Positions 29,101 to 41,100 of a stretch of DNA of 64,000 nucleotides are shown here, piece by piece (the stretch's first letter is position 1; the number at the start of each line of letters is the position of its first letter). The stretch lies in NCBI GenBank assembly GCA_002633005.1, contig NMRA01000470.1, forward strand, positions 268,219 to 332,218, in the 5' to 3' direction. The translations under genes were made by a program, and so were the position numbers. The notes below the pieces were generated by a model that searched no databases, was not told where the DNA came from, and worked only from the letters and a program-made list of their open reading frames with translations. This stretch comes from Phoronis australis (taxonomy: Eukaryota > Animalia > Phoronida).

Positions 29101-32100
29101 TTCTATTGTCTTTAGTGTGTAGGAACTTTTTGTTAATACGTTTTGGTATCATTTGACCTAATGTTGGAGATAAGAGAAGGGGTATATAGGAAACTAATAA
29201 TCAATAGTAGTTTGTTATGATTCCCTTGCATGGTGAGACCAACACAGGCTGTCATGCTGTCCTGGTATAATCTAGTCTATAAATTTAGGAAAATTTAGGA
29301 AGTTAGATAATTCAAGGTGTGACAGGGGACCAAAGTTGGGTAGCTTCACCTGATTCTTTTGTCTTTCTGGAAAAGAATCTTGCTACAGTCACATTATATG
29401 AATCTGTTTTGTTATTAGATAGATTCAAGTCATGTTATTAGACAGATTCAAGTCATGTTATTAGACAGATTCGAGTCATGTTATTAGATAGATTCAAGTC
29501 ATGTTATTAGATAGATTCAAGTCATGTTATTAGACAGATTCAAGTTGTTCTGTGTTTTCCGTAGTTGCTGACTTTTTGTTGTAAACGCGATGAATTTCTA
29601 TCTTTTGATATCAATTTATTGCAGTTTTGGTTAAATTATGTGTGAACGAAAAGACGTTGAAGGGAAAATGTTGCGTCATAGTTCTTCAATTGAAAACCAT
29701 TGAAGCTTCCTGATAAATGTATCCTCAGTCTACCTACTCATATCTGGTGCATCCACAACCATTGTTTATCATGCAGGCTGGATTAGCTAAGGAAATTACA
29801 GGATGTCCTAATCACCGTCCCTCATCTTATACGGGATGTTGTCGACTGATGTCAGTATGGGAATTATGAACATGACGACTTCCGTAGATACGTTTCATTT
29901 TAACATTGCAATGTGGTCTATTTCCTTATGGAGAATCACGAAAATGAAAGAAATGATTTTTTGATGCATAATTATTAATTTGTACTCTAATGCTAATTTT
30001 ATTACAATCTACTGGAACGGAATCTTTCATCAAAATGCAATAGCGTAATTTCATTACCTTCTGCTTTCTCCAGTTTGTTGTGCCTGTATTGTGGACCATT
30101 TCATCCTCAGAAAAATAATGAGGACATGGAAGTTTGCAGTTGCTTTGAACTAAACTGTAGTTATTAATGTTTCTTTGTTCTGTAATTTTAATTGTAAAAC
30201 AGGAATTTTTGTGACAACTTGGAACCATGAAATAGTAACCATGTAACAATTATCTTTTCTCCCTTTCGTAAATTGTCATGGTTTGGTATCTTGTGAGTCA
30301 CTTCCTAATTAGGAATAAATTTTTTAAGCATAGAGTTATAATTGCATTTGACACGAAGACAATTATGTTTCTCCACCCTGTGATGGTTTTAAAACAAGTT
30401 TCCTTTTGCATGTTGAAGTCCGGGTGATGGCGCGCACACTCCCTTTTTTCAATCTCTATTTTCCTGGTAAGAAAACATGTCCATTATATCCTCAGTCACA
30501 TGATCTGTAGAGAAGCACTTATTATGAATACAGGTTTAGCCCAGGTATATAGAGGTATATAGAGGTATTGTAGTATGTGTATTGAGGCATGAACATGTGG
30601 TTGTATCAAGGTTAATGCCTGTGCAGGGTCTGCATAAACTAATAAACCTGATTTGAACTTTGCAAAGGAGGTGTATGAACTTATTCTAATGAACATAATC
30701 TGTTGCAGTGATTGCATTTTGAATTTTACGTTTTGCAACAGTACAATTGCTCTAAAAGTGGCCATCCCCATCTTAGTTTCAATAATATCAGCTTGCAATA
30801 GCGCTTTGCATAATGATATTAGATAGATAGATATTCCATCTAATAATCATGAGAAGCTTATGTGGTCAGAAGGTGGCCTTATTCATGAACCTCTTAGCTG
30901 TGGAAACTTGATCCCTATATTAATCACATAGATAGTCCAGGCCACAAAGGAGACCTGCACCCCTAGGTAAGACATATGAAAAGACTGTACTTCATGCATC
31001 ACTGATACTGGCTCCTGGGTTTGGCTAAACACCAACATAAACTGTTACTCTGCGGTGCTGCCCCCTTCTGTCTTCTCTGTGAACTAGGATTAGATAGTAA
31101 GTCATGGTGCAGGTGGCCTCCAGCTCCAGTAAGATATACTTGTCACATCAAATCTCAGTACTGATCAATGTATGCCAGGATAGTTTACTGATAAGTGTAA
31201 ATACTTCTGCTTGACAGAGAACTTGAGAGAAGCGTTTTTACATCTCAACCACCGTACCTGTTTGCCAGGAAGTCAAGTGGAGTGTTTTATGATTTTTCCA
31301 TTGCATGATGTGTTGTATGCTGCAGTGCTAAATGATGTTCATGTAAAGTGCCGTCCACACAGACTTAACCTAGAACAAGTTGCTCCTGGATGAGTTGTTG
31401 CTAGGTTTGGAGACTGTGTAGACACTATTTAAACTAGTTCAACTTGCCGCACTTGTGACAATTAATTCCTCCTTATTGACAGAGAGTAACTTGCTCTAGA
31501 ACTTCTACGACTTGCGCCACTGTGTGGCCGCAAACCCGAGGCAAAGAAGTAATTATGAGCTGCTGTTACATACAGATTGGTCTTCTTTTGTGCCCGTGTT
31601 TGCATTAGCTGTTCTTTGTGTGCACAGATCGACAACTTCCAGCTTTCCCTAATTATCAGATACGCGTGTGCATGGACGCTTCACTTAAAAGTGGGGTAAG
31701 CTGCACTAGTGCTAGGGTAGGCTGTGTGTGGGCAGGACTTAAGAAATCAAGACAATTTGACTGTGGATTCTGTAATCCAAAATTCAAACCATTCTATTAA
31801 CTGGGTTTTATAATTCACAATACTCCACACCTTGCATCTAAAACTGAAGTTCTCTAACTCTGAGACTCGTCCATTTAATGGATTCTTAGTACGTTTGTAT
31901 TGCTTTGCAAGCGAGGTTTGTCTACATGTCCAGGCAATAGGTGAACTTCAAGTGTGCTCATTGTGAGACCTATGATGAGTATAGTGACTCATGCAGTTGT
32001 TCTGCCTTTGTTTTGTCTGAATGAATCTACTTGCAGAGATTCTACTCTTGACCATTCAGCCATGTACAAAAACCTCAGAAATGAATCATGCTTGTCTCTG

Positions 32101-35100
32101 GGGCTTGCTGCTAACAAAGCTTCTAATGTATAAAACATTACCTAGTTTTTTATGACAAAACCAGAAGAACAACTTTTTAAACCTCCTTTTCCTTTTATGG
32201 TCTGGTTAGCGCAGTGCTGTAAAATATAAACATTAACCATTTAAAGTTCACTAGGAAAATCAGAGCATGGAAAATAATTAGTTTGATAAATTCAGTGTCG
32301 TCCAGTACGTTGCGATTTGATGTGTTTTGTATGAAAATTTGACACAGGGGTTGATGTTTTGAATTTGACATTTTAACGCTCTGTTAGTTATGAATATGAA
32401 GTGCACTCGAGTGTGCACTGTTATCTTTTAATTTAACCTGTTCAGACTGTTTAAGTTAACAAACTGAAATATGACACTGGGAGACACCCAGGCAGAACCA
32501 AGGGAAAACAACAATGACAAAAAATAACAAGTATCTGGTATGGAGAAGTTTGTGGGGATGAGGACGATTAACAAAATAAAGTGTGGACGACATATAGTAG
32601 TTGTTCTTTTGAATTGAAATTTTATTTAATATGAGGCTACCTAGTACTTATATGTGAATGCAATAAATTGTGTATACAATAAACCTGACTTAAGTCACAA
32701 AAGCCAATTTTGATTTAATCCATTTAAATTAAAATTGTTGTCAAATTTATCCCTCGTCAAATCAGTGGAGATTCCTAGGCATAGAAAGAAGTGACAGTTC
32801 ATTATTTTTGAAATCAGGCTCTTCAAGTTGCCTCGTCAAGGCAGGTTGATATCAGTGTTATTGCAGTAAGTGGAAATGCCAGTACACTGTCACTTAAAAG
32901 TTTAGTTAATCAAGCAATAGTGATCATGTTTTTCTTTCGTTGGTAGCCAGTCCTCCCTACTCCGGCCAGCTTTATGTCACGCCGCTAGTTTACGAACATT
33001 TTTAACTGAGGTGTGCTGAGTATTGTTGGTCCAAATATTCCTAAACTTAATCATTTGAGTGAAATGTCCCTAGTGGTTTCTATGGTAACATACTGTTGAT
33101 GTTCTTGTAAGACCCTCCTCAATGTGAACTGTATCTTCCATTTTTGCAGGCTCCAGTAGTAGACAACTGTTCACGTTTGCTCCTGCTAAAACAAGTTACT
33201 TCCGAGACATGCTCATAGATGGCAGTAATGTTGTGGTCGGAGCACGGTAAGGAACTATATCAAGCCTTGATTTTTAGAGTTTAAGAACTAAAATAGAAGT
33301 TCATTTTTTCAATTATACAACCATGCATGTGAAACTTGCTGATATACTCACTTCCACCTCTCATATTTGCCATCAGCAAAATAAACGGGTGTTCCAATGC
33401 TTGTTTACTCTTGCTGTGTAGAATAAAAAACACACAGACCCAAAAAGGAAATGCTTAGTGACTTTTTGATGCAACTGTGTGTAATTGGCCATGTGTTTCT
33501 TGAAGGCTTGTATTACTCTGATTCATATGTTTCCTCTTTCAGGAATGCCATTTACCAATTAAATGTAGACAGCTTAAGTGAAAAAGGGGTGAGTAAATCT
33601 GTGATATCTTGTACAAAATGCTGCAACTATTTGAAATATTCCAGTTTCTTACTCAATGATAAAGACAGTATTTGTGAAAAATGACATTCTTTTGAAAATG
33701 CCAGTTTCATGACCGTTACCTCAACTGTGTCATTTCTAGAGATGGTCGATACACATTTTTAGGAATTCTATTCAAATGGATTCTTTTTTGTAAGCAGTCA
33801 ACTTTGCAATTGTACCAATTTACCAAATTTGTTAAGTATGATAGGAATTCTAATAATGAATGATCCTGAGCTGTTTCTTAGTTCAATATTTCATTGATAC
33901 TTTAAAAAAAAATGCAAACAGAGTGGTAACTAACCTAATGGCGAAAATTGGAAAATTGTAATGGATTCTGACGTATCAATATCAAAATCGGTCGTTTGCA
34001 CATCATGATTCAATTACAATGCAGTTAATCGTCTCAACTTCGGTGCGTGCATGGTTACAGTGACTATAAACATGCTTTTCGTCAAAATTTGTTTCGGATT
34101 GAAGGCACGTAATGCTGTAAATATGGGTAGAGTCCAATAGCTTTTTAGCGGCAAGAAAAAATTTGACAAAACCACGCGTTGTCACTGAAAATACGCTGCA
34201 AGATTCTAGCGTTATTTGTATTGATTTATTCAGATTGGAGATGAATACCGGGGCTTGTTTCTTAAAGAGCCTATAGCCAAAGTTGCTTTTTTGTCTTGTG
34301 TAACCTGTCATTCTTGTTTTTCGTGAATGTAAACACCAAAAATGCCCAGTCTCTTTGAAGCTGTCTGTGACAATGCATTAAGCTTTCGATGACTGACTTC
34401 AACCTCAATGTCAGAACTGTGGATGGCAAAGATAAATAATTCTAAACATGCAATCCATTGACTTTCTTGGCGCCTCGCTTGCAGAAGTATCCATGGACGC
34501 CCGAGTCGTCAACTATAGACGAATGCAGAAGAACTGGTGGGACAGAGGCCATGTGCCATAATTACATCCGAGTACTCGTGAGAGATAACAACAACAGATT
34601 AATAGCATGCGGTACAAATGCAATGGATCCAAAGTGTCACACCCTTGACATGGTAACTACTCCTGGCAGTCCAGTCTGCTTTGAATTTGTGATGTGTTTC
34701 TCTTATGTTGTTAAGAAATGTGTACTTAATTTAAATGTCAGTGAGTTTGTTGAATTTTGTAACTAGTTGAATGAGGTCTTCATCAAAGCAAAAACAGTTC
34801 GTAATTCTAACCACTAAGAATTTCGTCTTCCTCCAGATGCCTTGTTTATTTTACTGATTTCTACAGGATTTGAATGTGGATAATGAAATTTGGAGTTATT
34901 TCCTCACTTGAACATTCATTTCAAACTTAAACATTGTTGTTTCAAACACAAATTTAATCTCCTTATCCTGTTCATATGCTGTACAGCATGAGAGGAAAAC
35001 CTCACTTGGGTTCCTCCCACAATTTAAATATCTTCTTTCATTATTCAGTCAAATGAGGGATTTACCCGAGTGGGGAGTCCATCCTCTGGGCTGGCCCTCA

Positions 35101-38100
35101 GTCCCAAGACACCAGATCAGCTGAGCACAGCTGTGTACGCTGGCAACAGCATTTACAGTGGCGGTAGTGTGACTGACATTGATTACCTGATCTACAAGTC
35201 TGAGACTCGCATCAGGACAGAAGATGCTGATTCTAGAATTTTAAACAGTAAGCATAGTAATGGATTTACTCTGTAGACAATAGTTCTCCTGCAGTGCTAC
35301 CCCTTCTCAATTATAGCTGCATTTTGCCCTGTTTAGCTGGCTGAAAAACAAAGATGTTTTGTGAAAGGATTTTCTTTCCGTTACCGATTGTATTTCCATG
35401 ACTGCCAAAATATTGAAACTATCAGCGAGTAAAAGACAATGGTTCAAAGTTTATTGGGGTTGGCCAACCCTAAAATTGCAGAATCGAAAATGGCGCATGT
35501 CTGCATTGTCTGAAATCCAAAGTAAGGTATATTATGAGGGCTATTTTATGGGAGTAAATATAAATAAATTTATGTTTTTATCCATCTAAACTGTGTGAAA
35601 TGGTGGTTAGTATCAGTAAATGTTGAGAATTCCAAAAACAGGTTTGTACAAGTTTTGATGAAATGGTGATTTGCAACAATAGTAACTGGCTGAAGAACAT
35701 GACTGAGTTCTGAATTTATTCAGTTGAGAATTTTTCTATTCGTTCTCATGTGGAACAGATTGTACAAATTCTAAAATTGCAGAACAGTATAATTTTATAT
35801 ATTTTTTTTGTATAATTTGAATTACATAATATTTTGAGTTATTTGATGTGTTCCAAATTTGCAGAGCCAGAATTTGTGTCTTCATTTGAAGAAGATGATA
35901 AAGTATACTTTATATTCCGAGAACCTGCTGTTGAGTACGTCAACTGTGGCAAGGTAAGAGATAAGTGACTCCACTTAGATGTTCAGGTAGTGATTCATAT
36001 ATGCGCTGCATTCTGCTGATAGACACGGCTGGTTGATTACACTGAACACTTACAATATTACTTCCTTTACAAGAAAAAACTGGACACCTTACAATCATTC
36101 AGACAAGGCTAGGAATTAGTTTTTCGAAAGTTATAATGATGTATAGTGTCGCCTGCTCATTTTTAGTGCAACCAAGCCCCAGGAAGTTGAACTCTCATAA
36201 CTCTCTCACTCTGATTGGAGCTAACTTGTGACAGTTGTGCCGTAGCATTCCATTTTACACTTTCAAAGTTGTTTTCTAATAATGTCAAATATCTAGCCAG
36301 ATCACAGTATTGTGGTATACTTGGCAGTAGTTAGACATACCGTGCCCACAATTGGAGAACCAGTTTGATGCTTGTTTTTCAGCTGAGAAAAGTTATTATC
36401 AAAATGTGGGTACGTTATATCAGACTATTACCGCGCGCTCGTCGTAGTGTAAATTGTATCGTGCATGCTATTTGATTGTTTAGTGACTGTATAATGACTA
36501 ATTATTTTCAGCGTATCTACTCAAGAATTAGTCGGGTGTGTAAGAAGGATAAAGGAGGTACTATCAACAACCAAAAAAGGTTTATGTCCTTCTTTAAGGC
36601 TCGCATGAACTGTTCCATTCCAGGAGAGTTCCCATTTTACTTCGATGAAGTCCGTAAGTACAGTACATGGCCTCTGTGGAATATTCACCAAAATATAATG
36701 TTAGACAAACTGAAAGGGGTAATGCTTTTGGTGTCATTGTGTACCATGGTTTAACTTGTGATTGCAGTGGAGTGCATGGTAATATGTTTCTAAGACTGCT
36801 GTTTATTATTCAAGCACTCATTGTATTTCACTGTAAAAACACAGACTTCTTTAGTGGACACATCTTGTACTGCTATGGGAAATCAATTTTACTCTATGGA
36901 TAGAAATCTTGTTTTAATATTCAGTCTACTCGAAGGATGTGAAAGTAACGCAAATCAAAGTTGTGATGAACTTCTGTTATGTTAAAAGTTGTGTGAGGCA
37001 AATTATTCTCTGGTCAGCTTTGTTTATAAGCAGTTTTGATTTTTCAGAATCCATGAGCTCAGTTAGTCTTGGAAGCTTCAAAGCCTTGTCGTCTTCATCG
37101 GCAGCTGAAAAAATGTTTTATGCTGTGTTTACTACACCAGAGTAAGTTTTGTTTCTTTTATTGTTCGAATGTCTTTTTGTTTTCCCAATGCCAGTATTTT
37201 AAACAATATTTAGATGTGATCTATAGAAAACCTCTTGGAAAAAAAATCCATCATGTATCACAGTCGGTCTTGCTATAAATCTGTACTGCAGTTGTTATAA
37301 AATGGTATGACATGCGTTTGTGGTTGTATGTACCCAGTTAGTGTTACTTTACAGTTAAACAAACAGATGGAAGCATGTCTGATTTTATTGAAAGTTGACT
37401 GTCTCTTGTAGTTGTTATTCATTTTTCAAAGTACAAGGCATATACCCAAATCATATGTGTCTGCATCCGTTGTCACTGAAGTAGGAAATGAAAACCCTGG
37501 TTGTCACAATTTTTTACCCTACCTGCTAGGTAGTCTCAAATGTTTGGCTTAGTGAAACAAAGACTGCTCACTTGACTTAGTTGTGTCCCCTGATTTCTGC
37601 GGGGCTCTAAGCTAGATTAATGGTCGTTTACTCTGCTTCAATCAAAATAAAGCATAGTTCTGTGAACAATGACTTACTCTTACTGAGACACTAACACTAT
37701 CTCCATGGCAACATCTCTGCTTTTCCAGCAATAGTATTCGAGGTTCTGCCATCTGCGCATACAAGTGGAGTGATGTCTTGGCTACGTTTGATGGGAAATT
37801 CAAGGAGCAGAAAGATGGAAATGGGGCATGGTTACCTGTGTTAAACAGTGAAACGCCAAAACCTCACCCAACCAAGGTAAGGCTTTTAAGTGAATCTTGC
37901 AACTTGGAATGATATTTTTTAACATATTCAATCACTTCTGTGAATGAGCTGTGCACCAAACCTTTGACCGTTCTCTGATTTATTGTAGTTTCATGTGCCT
38001 GGAACATTTTGAAGTTTTGCATTCTGATATTGATTTTGCTTTTTTGCTTAAACAGTTTGAAATAATTTAAGTATTTTCATCTCAACCCTCAACAATTAAG

Positions 38101-41100
38101 ATCAATTTCCTTATTTTTAGCTTGAAATAATGCATAAGAGCGTGTTTTTCACTGTTTTTCAAGATGTTGTACAAAGTGTCATGGCTTCTCTCTTATCCCC
38201 AGTGTGTCAACAACACCGTGGACTTGGATTATACCACACAACAGTTCAATAAAAGGCACCCCCTAATGGATCAAGCCGTCCCTGCATACGGTAGCCGGCC
38301 TATCGTTATGGACACCAGCCTCAACAGGACATTTACAAACATAGTCGTTGACTTTCAAGTGCAGGCAGCTGACAACCACTCTTATGATGTTCTGTTTATT
38401 GGCATGAGTGAGTATTTTTATGCAAAAGTGCTCCCATCACTTCATTGCATCATAGACTATATTACATGGACTGCCAACTCTGTGTATTCTCAATGCATAT
38501 ATTCTGTGATATTGCACACAAGCTACGACCAACACTATTGGCCGCAATATCATTATCCACTGGCTGTGCCTGTTCTAGTGGCACGTTTTACTTCCGCCAA
38601 GTACGTCGTCTGCTCACTAACGAGAAACTGAGATCAGCGTAGGAAGAGAGTGGTGTTTCCCCTGGAAATTTTGTTAGAAAATGTCAGAGTTTCGAATCTG
38701 ACGTCTTTGATTTGCGATTATAGCATGTTTCTATAGCCAATATTGTGTTACTGGATATTGAATTACTAAAACTATATGGTCCTTATTGTTTGCAGTTTTG
38801 TTTAATGCATTTGTTGTCTTTTAAAATTTGTAATAAGTATAAGATTGTTATTAAAATGTTTTCCCTTTCAGATGATGGCACGGTTCGAAAGGCATACAAC
38901 AGGGGTCGTGGCAGTGTAATTGAAACTGTCATTGTGGAGGACATCACAGTGTTCAGTGACGGCCATCCCATAGAAAACATGAAGATTCACAAAAAGGATG
39001 GTCATGTGAACATCATTGTAGCATCAAAAAAGGAGATCAAGAAATTTGCTGCCTCTGATTGCAGCGCACACAAAACCTGCAGTAAATGTGTTGGCTCCAA
39101 AGACGTCTATTGCTCATGGAATAAGAAGAAAGAGGAATGTCAGCGATCCACCAGAGGTCTCCAGAATCTGGTCACAGGTTACCATCCACAATGCAAGACT
39201 GACCCACTTGTCACAGAGCCCAACACAGGTGAGAACAAATTCACATTCATGTGGACACGTAGTGCAGAAGTTATACAGAAGGGTTTTTGTTGAGGAAAAT
39301 TGGACATTTGCCTTAATTAAAGCAACAGCTAGAGCAAAACTGTCTACAAATAGGCAGCTTTTGAATTTTCAGTGTGAGATGTGTTTGAAATTTTAGGTTA
39401 TGTCTGTTGTCTGATGAAGAGTAGAATTATTGGAACAAAAGTTCAATTTTTTGAAATGGGAGGCTACTGCCTGAAGTAAACAGCCACAAGTTTTTATTGT
39501 TTGTTTAATTTTGCATTTTGTGCGTCGTGCTGCATGAATTAGATTTGAAAGTAGCTGACTGAGATGTCATGAAGAAATTGTTTGCAAAGAGAGCATGACA
39601 CCAGCCTGTCAGTTTCACTGCAAGAATTTACTTAGGGTTGTAAAGCGTTACGTTTTGACTTGGCTCATCTGAAAGACTTTCCATTGTTATATGTTTGTCA
39701 CTGTGTTTCACTAACTCCCAGGCCCAACTACCACTGCTACTACTGCAATGACTGAGAATCGTGATTCAAGTAAGACAGTGATATGATTTCAGTTTGAAAT
39801 TCACTTAATGCATGTAGGCTTTCAAGCTTTCCCACTTTTTCTAATTGTTCTACTCATTGGCCTGCTCTTTTTGTCCTATTTTTGCTGTTCGTTCTTAGTA
39901 TTGGTTACATTTCTTATTATTCTGGAACCTCATGTAGATTTTTCTTGCTAAATCTGAAGTTTGTGTTTCTGACAGAAGGGGTCAGGTTTTTGTCACTACA
40001 TGGGATCATAGGCAACTCTGTTAAGTGTTTTGGAAAACTACTTTTGAAGGTCCCGTCTTCTTTGTTTTTTCTGCCTTTTCTGGGTTTCTCCATTTTCTGT
40101 CCTTTTTCTTACTTGAAAGCCTGCAACATTCCACGTCATTTTATTTTGTTCACAAACTGATCATAAAGAATTAATTGAATATTTACAGAGGAATCAAATA
40201 ACTCATTTAGTCTAATGAAAACAACACATCGATTTTCTTTTATGCCGTTCTCAATATATTAACATTATGAAGTTCTAAAGGAACACTCTTATGTACTCTG
40301 CAGTTGCTTGTGATTCATTATCTGATCAGTAGTCTTCTACCTATAGTCTAGTTTTTCTTACATACCATCCGTTATATTTTGTGCAATTCTTCTCAAACAT
40401 AAAATTTATTATATTAAATAAAGAAATTTAGAAGAATGATAAAAGTTTTACTTGCAGTTTCTTTTAAGTATCTGTTTTGTTTTGTACTGACACCGCTTTT
40501 TCAGTTTGAGTATGGCGTAATTATTGCTTCGTTGCTGTGGTGGTTTTTGCTGAATAACCAGATTTGGATCGTGTGTGACATCACTCCACCGCCTGCTCAC
40601 TTTGCACAGTCAATCCATTTTTCTTTTTCAATTTTGCTCGATTTAGTGTACTGTGGTGAAATAAAAATAGCCCTTACAACCTAATTTTACTGGAAGAATC
40701 GTTGCTGAGAGAATAAAATGCTCTCTTAAAGCCTAACATCAATGGAATTTTGTTATTTCAGGTCTATTGGGCTAAGCAGATAGTGCTAGCAAAGCCTTCG
40801 CAAAATAAAAAACAAGTTTAATCAATCAATTGTAAGCCAGTCAAATAATAGGTGAATTTGCCTTTATGTGTCATATTGCATCATCATAAGATCCCAGCAC
40901 GAACAACAAAAGGCTGAGAATAGTTGAATTGAAGAGGGGTCTGAAATGAATAGAACATTATTGTGTGCAGGTGTTATTCGGAGCTGTTTGAATTAAAATG
41001 TGATTCTCGAAGTGACAGAGAGAAAAGCAAGCCAGTACCCCTAACAGTTCGTTACATTTGGCAATTTATGGCACTAGCTGACTCAAGAGCGATGCTCTTA

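Noticed and set aside
29410-29545. CRISPR-like repeat array
   Set aside because: The 23-bp units are contiguous with no unique spacers, and the context is eukaryotic; it is a minisatellite.
6632-31800. Nested protein-coding gene in the 31-kb intron
   Set aside because: ORFs are short, lack recognisable domains, and I found no chain of phase-consistent exons on either strand.
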